The notes: generated by a model not told the origin, from the letters alone. A stretch of DNA of 64,000 bases from Podarcis muralis (GCF_964188315.1 NC_135656.1:40982001-41046000); one strand, 5' to 3'. Shown: positions 52,074-63,518, numbered from the stretch's first letter. Numbers and translations: made by a program.

Positions 52074-54953
52074 GGAGTCAGAAAGGATGGAGTGAGTGAA
52101 CGGCTTCCAACTCCCAGTGCTGATCAAAGGTGCTACCAGGCATCCAATGGAGATGGACCTCCACTGAAAGAGGAAAACCCATGGCATGCGTCTTCCTGCC
52201 CATGCTGGATAGTTTGGCTTCAGCAGAAGCAGGGCATGGTAGTCCTCCCAGAACTGGGAAACAAGCACTTGACACGCCTGGAATATGAAAGGGTTTGGTG
52301 TTTTTTAGGGGAAAGAATATCTACCATCTGTGGTTTCTCCATGAGTGCTGAAGAGAGAGAAAGAGAGAGATTGCAGATGACATGGCATGGACGTGATGGG
52401 GGCACAGCTGAAATGCAGAGAAGTTGGAGGGTTTGACTGGCCAGTTTCTGCTAAACCACTGAAAAACTTCATTGAGAGTGAGAGAATTGCAGCTGCCTGC
52501 TCCCCCTTTTAAACAGGGCATTGTTGATGTGACTGGCCCAGGGCAGGGCCTGACAGACCTATAAGAACTGCTGCTGTGGCTACCACCCAGGAGGACTCCC
52601 CTGCTCAGTGCCTGAGGGCCCCAGTCCTGCCACTCACAGTCCTGCCCAGGGCGGGGCCTGATGGGCTCTATAAAGGACTGCTGCCGCTACTGCTGCTGGG
52701 CAGAGAGGGCTCTGTTTTGTTTTGTTTTTTACCTATGCCATTTTAAATTCTGATATGAATGGTATATTCTTAGTTTTAGATTTTGATTTATGTGGAAATT
52801 GTTTCCCATTTGGTTGTGTATTTTTTTGATGTGGTTTATTTATTGTTTATGACTTTTGTAATTATGTAAATCTTGTTATGCTGTAAGCCGCCTTTGAGCA
52901 TTTTTTTTTAACTGTGGAAAGGTGGCATACAAATAAAAAATGATGATGATGGTACTTACTGCCCTACAAACGAGTCCATAACAACAGAGGTGGGGTATTT
53001 TTTTTTTTTACAGCTGAAGCTGAATGCAGCTTTTGTGCTTATGCTTTGCTGCCATTCACAAATTGCAGGGATTGCGGTATGTTGCACCTTGGGTTTTTCT
53101 TTGTTAAAATTGCCTGGTGCTCAGTCTGTTAAGAGTCACCAGGAGCTGGAATTTGGAATTTGGTGGCCAGCAGGGGGTGGGCAGTGGCAGGAAGTGAGCA
53201 AAATGAATGAACATGCACTGAATGAAACTGAAGGGCAGATTGGAGCAGGGTGTGCTCTCAAATGGAACAGAACGGTTTGATGACAAATGTTAGATGAACC
53301 AGAGTGCTTCTCTGTAAAAATAAGATCGGAGAAGAAAACACTAATAGCCATCTATGGTTGTCAGTGGATGCCCTGCTTCTCTGCAGGAGAGCCTTTGGAG
53401 CAAACCTGTTCTATTTGCCTAACTTCCTACAGAATTGGATGGCTTTGAGCTGTTCTTGGCAAGCAATGCTTTTATTCCAGGCACAGGAAGCCTATGTTCC
53501 TCCAGGTGGCGCTGGACTCTGCCACCATCTTCAGCTGGGTATGGCCAGTAGTCAAGGATGATGGGAGTTGGGAGTTCAACAACATGCAGATGGGTACTGT
53601 TTCCCCATTCCTGGTATCGAGGAATGCAGGGCGTTATATGCTCTTGTGTTGCTCCAGATTTGCAACACCCAGGTGGAATCATTTTAGGAGGCACAATTGC
53701 AGAATTTATGAATGAGTGGTTGCTGTAGCAAAGAGGCAAAGAAGCCTCATAACAGAACTGGAAAATAACTATCATGGTTTCTCTTGTTCTGTAGCAGGGA
53801 TGGTCCTCTAGATGATGATGAACTCCCACCATCCCTCGTCATTGCCCATGCTGGCTGGGGCTTGATGGGTGCTGAAGTCCAACAATATATGGAGGGCCTC
53901 AAGTTCTCCATCCTTGGTATAGAGCAGGACTCCTTTCCCCCCTGAAGATGGAAACAAATGTTAACCTGAGAAATGTAGGTAGCACTGAGGTCCATTTTAA
54001 TCGCCTTCTTACTTGAATTAAGCCATTTTTACATGAAAGTTATAATAATAATACATGCTGTTTACTTGCTTGCTTTTGAGAGGAGAATGCAAATGGGTGA
54101 AACCGATTGTTGATAGTGGGAGGTGGTGACTAAAGGGGCATTTTGAACTCCCAGTTGCAGGGAGTGTCTCTGTGTGTGTGTTAGTGTCAGAAGAATGTGG
54201 AAAGGAAAAATCCAGGTGAACAGGGTCCTCCTACCTTCTCATTCCACTTTTTATTCTTATTGAACACACACACACATTTTGCATGGGTAATAGTTGCATA
54301 TTCTTTTCTCAGGGAGAGGAACAATCTGAGGTTAGGTGCAATGCAGATTTCTCAAAGTATCAGCTAGTAGTTTAATGATCAAGAAATTGCTGGGTGAAGA
54401 ATTGAGGACAAGGATGTCAAGTCTCAAATCCTTCCCTAGAAAGCTTTCAGAAAGGTGCACACACAGAACCCATGGGATGCTACAAAGTGGTGCTTTTAAC
54501 AGCTTTTGTATGTCCTGTTTTTTGTTTTTAAAGCACTGATTTTGTTCCTTAAAACTAGCTGTTTGCCCTTGGTTTCAAGTTGCAATCTTAACACCTTACC
54601 CTATCAAGACCACTGCTACATACCTGCCTGTAAAAGCAATTTGTGGCAATAAAGGCAGAGTGATGCACTGTGGTTTTCAGTAGCTGTTTGTAAGAAGCTT
54701 TTGGAAGGGAGGGAGGGAGGGAGGGAGGGAGGGAGGAAGGAAGGAAGGAAGGAAGGAAGGAAGGAAGGAAGGAAGTGTGTGCATTATAAATGCAAACTTT
54801 TCTACTGAAATTGAGTACCTTTTGTCTGTTGGAGCATTTCCTTAATAGATGCAAGAGTTGCTTGCTTTTGTACATAAACCCACTGTGTAAATTTTATATT
54901 GTGACCTAATTTTATAAAATATTGTTGAGATATTTTATTGTAAATTTATTTGA

Positions 54954-54959
54954 AATAAA
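54954..54959 (+). terminator. Candidate polyadenylation signal of PIK3R5 (about 2.9-kb 3'UTR)
   Basis: AATAAA in an AU-rich stretch with upstream TGTA elements and downstream U-rich sequence. An alternative AATAAA near 52932 lies in a LINE tail. Confidence 0.45.
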
Positions 54960-56488
54960 GCCACATTTTCATAAATCAAGACTCTACATGTTTTTAAAAA
55001 CAGCTGCATTGTTTTTAATATTTTCTCATTTGCTTCATTCTAATATTCAGGCTGCTTTTTAGCCAAGGGAAAGCTGTTGCATAGTTGAACCACTGGATGG
55101 CACCAAAGAATCCTACACAATTAGCCTCAATAAAGGCTTGTCCATAAGCAAAAAAGTGATTATTTGATCCTCCTGCACCTGCTCTGGGTGTCCTCTACAA
55201 AGTTCAATACAAAACCAAGGAGTGACGCAGGTTCAAATTCCCACTCAGACATGAATTTCACTGGCTAACCTACCTCGCAGGGTTGTTGTGTGAATGAATG
55301 GAAGGGGGACATCATATAGCAGGGGGGATGGGTATGTCAGGTCTGCCACTAATTGCTTGACTCCAGCTTCTGTTATTTCTGACCATTGGCCACAGTGGCT
55401 GGGGCTGAAGGGAGGCAGAGTTGAACAACATTCCTGCTATACACACTGCCTTGATCTGTCTGGAAGAAAGTTGGGAAATAAATACAATAAATAAATAAAT
55501 ATTTACTGGAACAGTACAATGCACATTTCAAAGCAGAAAAGGCCATATGATTGATAACCTATTACCCGCAAAGAACAGACTGTGTTTCTTTGTACAAAAC
55601 TATGATGAATTTCGATCACAACTGCAGAATTGTACAATGTATATTTGCTTCATTCAGTAATTATGAGAATTCATGAATTAAAGTGCTTTCATCAGGTAAG
55701 TTTTAAGACTTAATGAAACTGACAGACTGAATTTAGCCATGTTCATTCTTTTTAGTGAATCTATTGTGAGCAAAACCTCATTGAATATCACCCATCCCAT
55801 CATGCCACAGAGTCTCCAATAATTGGACAGTGCTATTTGACTTTGTCACGTGAGTTCACTTCCAACCTGAAAATAGTAGAAGTAGTAGTAGTAGTAGTAG
55901 TAGGAAATTGTGCAGAAAGGAGATTGCTCAAAGGTTCAGGGTGAGTAGCATTATCTTACACCAGTTGCAAAGTTATCTCCTACCTTATTTCGACAACTCT
56001 AGATGGCTAACATGCAATTTCAAAAAGCAGTGAAGTAGACTGTTCAATAAAACCTGATGTTAAAAGAACTCCTTTGTATCTCTTGAGCCTAGTCAGCGTA
56101 CAGTACACTAAAACTAAAATATAATACAAAACCACAAATTTGCAGACTTGGGCACCAAATTGCCTTAGACCCCAGCCTGGACCATCTTGCAGGTACCTGC
56201 AGTAACCAGCTGTACTTATTTCCAATAGCTTCACTTCATGTGTTTAAGGTTGTTTTTTCCAAACATGTGAAAAAACAATCTGTAGTAATCTAAATTGCTT
56301 CTGGCACTCATGTTTTCCTGTGCCTGAGCTATCATTATATGTCCCTCTTTTCTCCCCTGCCATGCAAAAAATGTTGCTTGTTTAATGGTTAAAAAATCCT
56401 CCCTGCTCTTAGCATTCTCAAATGAAGAGTGAAAATTAAAATCCAAAGTCCTTTTGTGTGTTTGTGGGCATTCAAACATCGTCCAAAC

Positions 56489-56766
56489 TATCCCCTGCTG
56501 GGCAGATAGTGAATTCCTTTTGAAAGACTACACCTTTCCCCCAGGAAACCCTTTAATTCTGAAGCTGTTGCCTCGAGAGGAACCTTGCAGCTACTGAGAA
56601 GAAATGTTCACATATTATTTGGTCTTTTGGGGGAAGCTTTGAAAGTTTCAGTTGTGAACTGTTGGCTGTCAACAGGAATTCAGATGAGAAACTTCTGAGA
56701 TGGTTGTTGACAATTCAGGATTTTCACTTTCTTACATTAAGGGAAGCGATAATGTCACTGCATTTG
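56489..56766 (+). repeat. 278-bp direct repeat, copy 1
   Basis: TATCCCCTGCTGGG...CACTGCATTTG; no mismatch found by eye against 58821-59098. Confidence 0.95.
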
Positions 56767-57193
56767 CGTGGCGAGTTCCCGCCCCCCCAGGATAAATAAA
56801 GACACGAGACACCATAATTTAAGGTTAATTGGGCGAATTAGGCCACAACTTTATTGAATTCAGGAATGAGAGGCATTGGCTTAGGCATTGGTCCTAATGA
56901 CTATCCGGCTCCAGCCCATTTGCTGGAGACACGGGGAAGGGTTAACCTTATATCGGGGGAGTCTCCTGCCGAGGCACGTCGACTAGGAGCTCCCCCGGGT
57001 CACCGCTCTGGGGCGTGCCTTTGGCCCTCACCTCCATAGGCTTCGGACAGGGCCACGCCCCCCGGAGTCCTTTAACGGACCACCCTTCTCTCACTGGGGG
57101 GAGGTGATGGCGTTCCTCCCCCCCCCCACATCCTCTTAACCCCTTCTTACCAATGCCTACCGCCACACGAGCAATCGCTCGCCGCCAATACTC

Positions 57194-57913
57194 TCATACC
57201 TGAAACCAATCCCTTACCCCCTTTGCTATATCAGTAAGCCACATGTCATTTCCCGCATCTGAAAGATGCACGCCATCAAGCCAAATATCATTTCCCGCAT
57301 CCGAAAGATGCACGCCATCAAGCCGGTAGAGGGCCTCGCAGTTGCCCGGGTGGTCAATGACCCACCCACCCAGGGCTGCCACTCTACGCACCACCGCCCG
57401 ATCCAAGGCTTTCCTAGCCCTATATGTGGCTATCGGGCACCTGCTCTCTTTCCAAACCCGGCTTTCCATCAACAAGGCCCCAAGAATGGTGATGTTTGGA
57501 TAAGAGGCCTTACGCACCACCGCCCGATCCAAGGCTTTCCTAGCCCTATTTGTGGCTATCGGGCACCTGCTCTCTCTCCAAACCCGGCTTTCCATCAACA
57601 AGGCCCCAAGAATGGTGATGTTTGGGTAAGAGGCCTTAAGTTCCTCAAAGTCACTAAAGATATGCCACATCAAGTCGACTGCCTTTCTGTAAGCTAAGTC
57701 CTTTTCACCTAATTGGATAACTAAAGCATCTGGGGAGCCCTCCGCTGCCACTCTGGCTCTAATTGTGGGCAACATTCCGGCCCAGCGCATTTCCCTCCGA
57801 GAGATCCAAGATATATTGATGTAGTTAAGGTGTGGCCCGAGACCAGAATTGATGGCGCAGACCCTGGCCCAATGCACAATGCTGTGCCCGATTATCCAGA
57901 TGCGCGCCCTCAT
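57194..57913 (-). CDS. SGNH/GDSL-like hydrolase ORF of the Ngaro-like element (239 aa, with in-frame duplications)
   Basis: Block I WIIGHSIVHW, block III-like LVIQLGEKDL (GxND Asn appears replaced by Lys), block V DGVHLS present twice. Function doubtful. Confidence 0.7.
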   Translation of the reverse strand: MRARIWIIGHSIVHWARVCAINSGLGPHLNYINISWISRREMRWAGMLPTIRARVAAEGSPDALVIQLGEKDLAYRKAVDLMWHIFSDFEELKASYPNITILGALLMESRVWRESRCPIATNRARKALDRAVVRKASYPNITILGALLMESRVWKESRCPIATYRARKALDRAVVRRVAALGGWVIDHPGNCEALYRLDGVHLSDAGNDIWLDGVHLSDAGNDMWLTDIAKGVRDWFQV

Positions 57914-58055
57914 AGCTCCTGCACCCTAGGGTCCCCGTTAACGGCATGGTTTCTATCCCGGTGGACAGTGCAGGGCCTATAATCCAAATGTGCACCACAA
58001 CGTCACCTGAAAGCAAAAGAAGGTAACGAAGCCAGGTCAAGTATACTGTGAACAA

Positions 58056-58706
58056 TCACAAGGTTTTACGAATATATCCCTTAAATGCATCAGACTTCAC
58101 TGCCCCCAAGTCCTTCATCCTTTCAGCTGAAAGTCCCAAATGCAGTGCTGTCGTGGCGGCCCCAATTCTAAAGGAGTTAGCCGCGAATTCAGCTGAGGAT
58201 ACACCGCAAGCAGCAATCTCCCTTTGCATAATGTGCTTGGACTGATGCCATGCAAGGCGGGAGCCATCCAATTGCATAAGGAATGGACCTAAGACGGATG
58301 CCATGCGAGGCGGGAGCCATCCAAATGTATAAGGAATGGACCTGAGATAGTTGGTCTCACGTACATGAAATGTTTAGTGTCCTTTACTGCTGATCTGTTT
58401 CGGAACATTGGACATGCAGGACTAAATTGGATCTGAACAAGGTCAGGTCTCTCAAACTAACCCCGGGCAGCGGATTCTGGTTGGCCCTTACCAACCACTT
58501 TGCCAATGCGCATAGCGCCAAATGCAATGGAGTATGCAGCTGAAAATAACCAGGCCTTGTCCTCGGACCAACAGATACTTTTTATTTTATTTTATTATTA
58601 TCATTATTTTAATTTTATTTATTTATTTATTTATTTTGGAATTGGCAAAGAATGTCATAAGGGCCTTCTACCATCACCTTTAGGAGGCTGCAGCCTGCGC
58701 CAGCCC
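58056..58706 (-). pseudogene. Disrupted tyrosine recombinase of the Ngaro-like element
   Basis: Stops, frameshifts, an AT-rich tract at 58579-58637 and a 53-bp duplication. The HxxR His reads Asn (ANSFRIG) and LGRW reads LGAV; the catalytic Tyr (YIR) is retained. Confidence 0.85.
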
Positions 58707-58707
58707 T

Positions 58708-58808
58708 ACAACAACAACAACAATAATAATAGTAATAGTAATAATAATTTATTATTTGTACCCCACCCATCTGGCTGTGTTTCCCCAGCCACTCTGGGCG
58801 GCTTCCAT
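58708..58808 (-). mobile_element. L2 3' tail, 5'-truncated, abutting the recombinase relic
   Basis: Reverse complement GGAAGCCGCCCAGAGTGGCTGGGGAAACACAGCCAGATGGGTGGGG plus a (TAT/TGT)n tail; same family as the tails near 18480 and 60680. Confidence 0.8.
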
Positions 58809-58820
58809 AGAAACCTTAAT

Positions 58821-59098
58821 TATCCCCTGCTGGGCAGATAGTGAATTCCTTTTGAAAGACTACACCTTTCCCCCAGGAAACCCTTTAATTCTGAAGCTGT
58901 TGCCTCGAGAGGAACCTTGCAGCTACTGAGAAGAAATGTTCACATATTATTTGGTCTTTTGGGGGAAGCTTTGAAAGTTTCAGTTGTGAACTGTTGGCTG
59001 TCAACAGGAATTCAGATGAGAAACTTCTGAGATGGTTGTTGACAATTCAGGATTTTCACTTTCTTACATTAAGGGAAGCGATAATGTCACTGCATTTG
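58821..59098 (+). repeat. 278-bp direct repeat, copy 2
   Basis: Same sequence as 56489-56766, offset 2332 bp. Confidence 0.95.
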
Positions 59099-59727
59099 TC
59101 ACATTTATCACATCCCTATCCAGCTGATGAGTAAAATTAGCTTGTTTTGATCTGATTGCACTCTCATCTGACCACTGGTATGTTGTGCAGATTGTGCTGA
59201 TTTTTGTACTTGCTGTTATGATTTGAATCACTGGGTGCCTTTTTGTACTCTTTTAACTGTATCACTTAAGTGTTTCAGCCTTTTAATCACTGCTAAACCT
59301 TAGGATGGTGGTTAAAGTAAAAGGCTATAGCCTATACTCCTCCGGAGCATACAGTATACATTTGCTGCCCCTGCTGCATATATATATATATTATTAATTT
59401 TCCAATATAAAATTATACAAAACCAAACCTCCAGTTTATCACCAAAATCCTCTTTTTGGACTTCCATCAGCATGTCTGATAATTCTCCATTTTACTCACT
59501 TCTTCCACATTTCTCAATTTAATATTGCACTATATTAATATCTTATTTTACCTTTTTTTAAAAACAATATTTCTACTATACATTCTCACAGAACTCCCTG
59601 AAACCCCTGCTGCTCTTTAAACTCACATGAGTTTAAAAATAAAGTTTGCCATGAGATCTACTTTAAGAGAAATGAAGGCAATGATTTGCATCAGCAAAAT
59701 GGTGAGGGAGTGGTTAAGACACTGTTA

Positions 59728-60050
59728 AAGGTAAAGGTAAAGGGACCCTCTGAGGTTGCGGCGCTCATCTCGCTTTATTGGCTAAGGGAGCCGGTGTACA
59801 GCTTCCGGGTCATGTGGCCAGCATGACTAAGCCGCTTCTGGCGAACCAGAGCAGTGCACAGAAACACCGTTTACCTTCCTGCCAGAGCAGTACCTATTTA
59901 TCTACTTGCACTTTGACGTGCTTTTGAACTGCTAGGTTGGCAGGAGCAGGGACCGAGCAACAGGAGCTCACCCCGTCGCAGGGATTCGAACCGCCGACCT
60001 TCTGATCAGCAAGTCCTAGGCTCTGTGGTTTAACCCACAGCGCCACCCAC
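59728..60050 (-). mobile_element. Sauria SINE
   Basis: 12-bp TSD AAGACACTGTTA at 59716-59727 and 60051-60062. Confidence 0.92.
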
Positions 60051-60439
60051 AAGACACTGTTACCCCACTATTATTAACCTAATCCAATTCTCTCCTCACC
60101 CTGCTTCCCAAAATCTAATAAACGAATATACTCAACATTTCACCTAGTTTCCTGCTTAAGGGTGGGTTGTGTGCAGAGTGGAAGCAACAGATGGGAGACA
60201 GCCAGCAAGCAGTTGGTCTCCCTGCTTCTGCCCTACCAGCTCCATGGACACCTGCCACCATTGGATGATAATTTCCTGCAGAAATGGGAGTGAGATTGTG
60301 TAGTGTGTGTGCCCACCCATGTAGTGAAATTCATTGTCCTCATCTGTATGAATTATTTCTTGCCTTTTAAACCAGTCTTCAATGATCTGCTGGATATTTA
60401 TTTCTTTAAAGCATTTTTCCCCATACCCTTCAGCCAAAG

Positions 60440-60730
60440 CAGAAACACTGAGGTCCAGCGCTGAGGGCCTTCTGGTGGTTCCCTCACTGCGAGAAGCCAG
60501 GTTACAGGGAAGCAGGCAGAGGGCCTTCTCGGTAGTGGCACCAACCCCGTGGAACACCCTCCCACCAGATGTCAAAGAGAACAACAACTACCAGACTTTT
60601 AGAAGACATCTGAAGTCAGCCCTGTTTAGGGAAGCTTTTAATGTTTGATGCATTACTGTATTTTAATATTTTGTTGGAAGCTGCCCAGAGTGGCTGAGGA
60701 AGCCCAGCCAGATGGGTGGGGTATAAATAA

Positions 60731-60779
<49 letters not shown>
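60440..60779 (+). mobile_element. L2 LINE 3' end
   Basis: TLRSSAEGLLVVPSLREARLQGSRQRAFSVVAPTPWNTLP plus terminal motif and (TTA)n tail. Confidence 0.88.
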
Positions 60780-60780
<1 letters not shown>

Positions 60781-62399
60781 GCCCTCTCCCAGATCAGCTT
60801 ATAAATGTCAGGTGATCTGCCCTGAGGTTTCCAGCGCAAAAGGCACAGCACAAAAGGAAAAGGGATTGGGAAGGAGGAAGGGGAATAAATCAAGCTCCAT
60901 GCATGAGTTCTTAGTTACAGAGTTTGTTTAGCTTTTAGAAATCAGATACTGCAAGCACTCTCTTGAAAGGCTTCCTGCTTTGCATCTGCAGGAAAGTGCC
61001 ACTGGTAAACATTTAAACCCATGGGGGTTCAGATCTTCCCATATAAGGATCCTGTTGTCCCTGCACTTTTGCCATGTGCTTGCAACATACTCTGTTAAAT
61101 CAGGATGATTCTGTGACAGACCCCTGAATATATGATCTGGAATAAGGCTGCACATCTAAGAAGAGATGACCCTGAAGCCTCACTTGGACCTGAGCCTGGA
61201 GTGAACTGAGCCTCTGAGGAGCTGAGGAGCAGCTGTGCACAAAGGTCCTTGAGAGGGAGATTGGATCACTAAACCGAGGCTTCATACACACTATGCTTTC
61301 AAAGCCTATTCAAAGGACGTTCTTTCTCAAAGAATTGTGGGCACTGTCATTCACCCCTCAATCCCCCAAAACCCTTAACACACCAATTATTGGGAAGAGG
61401 GGGGTGTTTTCTAATGTGCTTTAAAGGTATTGTGTGTTTGCAGCCTCAAAGATGGTGGAATTTGGAAACTGGAGCAGCTTCAGAGGTCGGAGAATCATTC
61501 TCTACTCCATGATCATGACCAGTTGCCTTTATTGAATGTTATTACATTTTTAAAAATCCCACTCCTCTTCAAAACAGCTCAGATGCCCCTCTTCAGAATA
61601 GAGTACTCTGTTCCCCTTTTAGATTCACAACAACCTTGCGAGGTTGTTGAGGCTGAGAGGTGCCCACTGGCACAGGGTCCCCCAATAAACTTCATGGCTG
61701 AGTGGAAATTTGAAACCAGATCTCCCCAGGATACGTCCCTACTACACCCTATGCCTGTTACACTTGCATTCTTCAACCTTGAGTTGCCAGGTGTTGTTGG
61801 ACTACAACTCCCATCATGCCCAGCCAGCTTAGCCAATGGGAATTGTAGTCTGACACTATCTGGTAGGGTGCCAACTTGAATAAAATATTGGGGGGGGGGT
61901 GGCAGGTAAGTCCTGCCCCACATAATCGATCACAAGACGTGGCACACACACACACACACACACACCCCATTTGAACAACAAGGCCGGTTAACTTGGGGGG
62001 CAGCCCCCTCAAATATTTTATTGGGGACCAAAGGGATCTAGGTCCCTAGGAGTTGGCTCCTATGCCCTGGGGGCCTTAGTTGAAAGAACACTGCAACTCG
62101 CCTGCCCACGTTTATTGTATGAATTGTCCATTGAGTGATGGGCTTTTGGGTTGAAGGTTTGTTAGCACACTGCCCATCTTTGGTTTCTAGCTTGAGGAGT
62201 TGCTCGGAAGTGGTGTCAAAACAGAACTTTGGGGTTCAGCTGTGCGCCCCACCAAACAAGGATGTGCGTCTGTGGTTGTTGGTTAGTACATACAACTTCT
62301 TCTTTCTTTCTTTTTAAAAAAGTTTTTTAAAAGTTTACCATCTCAGATGGAGGAAACTGATGAACAGGAAACACGCAGAAATGCTGAAAGGGGGCCTGG

Positions 62400-63300
62400 G
62401 AACGAGTGATTGAGTGGGGCCGCCATGCGCTGTGCCCACGAGATCGAGATCTTTTTCTGCTGCCAAGAGATCTTGGGAGGCCGGCTCAGCTGCTCCCGCT
62501 GCCGGGAAGCCCTCGGAGCGGGGCAGCACCTGCCCGATTTCCTCGTAGCAACCTTGTTTGTGTCCGTCTCTTTATTTAGCCGAGGCCTCTTCCTGTTGGA
62601 GGTGCCAGGGCAGAGGTGTCCAGCGCAGCCACCTCTCTCCTCGGACAGAGGCACCCACGCGCACATCTCCCGGACTGGGCAGGGCGCAGCGCGCCGGGCG
62701 AGTGAGTCAGGCGCTCCTTAGTGTAGCTGTTGGCAGCGGCTGCATCCGCCGCCGCCGTCCCCACTTGACTTCTGGAGCTGGAGAGGTGGCGGCGAAGGCC
62801 AGCGAAAGGTTGCAGCTCTGCGATTCCTCGGCGCCGAGAAAAAAAACCAAGCAGCAGACGCCGCGGAGGCGATCGGCGCGGTCGCCTTGCGGTTGGGCGA
62901 GAAAAGGAAGCTTCTTTTTCGTCCTATAGTAGGACGCGCCGTCGAGTTTAGCTTCTCGCTCTGCTGAGCGAGCGAGCGCCCGGCGACTTCCTGAGCAGCC
63001 CGAGCCAAGGCGGCGAGCGGCGAGGAACCAGACGGCGCTAGACCTCCGGAAAGGAGCGAGCGGGCTCCCGGAGGTAAGCTGAGCTTGTCTTGAAACAGCG
63101 GTTGCCGCCGCCACCGGCACGGCTGCGCTTCGGCTCTCGATTCCTGTCTCTTTTCGGGTTTGTTTTCTTTTGATGTGCCTTAAGTAGACCTTTGAGCAAT
63201 ACGAGCCGAAAAGGAAAGAGGTCCCGGGAGTTAAACAGCGTCCTTTGGAGGTTTGCGAGGAGATGTTGGCGGAACGTTTTAGAAAACGTGGCTTTCAAAA
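62400..63300. promoter_or_regulatory. CpG island, probable bidirectional promoter of an unidentified gene
   Basis: Dense CpG, ETS core ACTTCCTG at 62986-62993, plus-strand donor GAG|GTAAGC at 63073/63074, minus-strand donor ATG|GTAAAC near 62338. Confidence 0.7.
62950..63073 (+). other. Probable non-coding first exon of the next + strand gene
   Basis: GC-rich segment without ATG ending in a consensus GTAAG donor; the start coordinate is approximate. PIK3R6 follows PIK3R5 in human, but nothing here proves identity. Confidence 0.5.
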
Positions 63301-63459
63301 CGCGCCCTCCAAGAAGCCCTGAGTCCGGGATCTGGGCAACCCTTTCCAAAATCTTTCCGGAGAGGGCCCTTGTGAAATTGCAGGAAAAGACCCTGGTGGT
63401 ATATGGGGCTAGCAAGGGACAAATTAGTACATACTGTATTATGATGAGCAAGGAGAGGG

Positions 63460-63518
<59 letters not shown>

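Larger units (their letters stand above)
56767..58707 (-). mobile_element. Ngaro-type (DIRS order) tyrosine-recombinase retrotransposon relic, 3' portion
   Basis: Recombinase motifs GWRRLQPP..DGRRP, YDILCQ, LFSAAYSIAFGAMRIG, ETDQ, GPFLMQLDGSRL, ANSFRIGAATTA..YIR, followed by an SGNH hydrolase ORF and a terminal region containing AATAAAGTTGTGGCC on the minus strand. Confidence 0.85.

Noticed and set aside
56231-56520. Protein-like minus-strand ORF (MFECPQTHKRTLDFNF...) next to the duplication
   Set aside because: Not recognised, splice signals weak, and the length is within chance expectation.
56489-59098. LTR retrotransposon with 278-bp LTRs
   Set aside because: No TG..CA termini, primer-binding site, polypurine tract or outer TSD; the interior is an Ngaro relic plus an L2 tail.
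60156-60587. 143-aa minus-strand ORF
   Set aside because: The N-terminal half is the antisense of an L2 end, and the remainder lacks a polypyrimidine acceptor.
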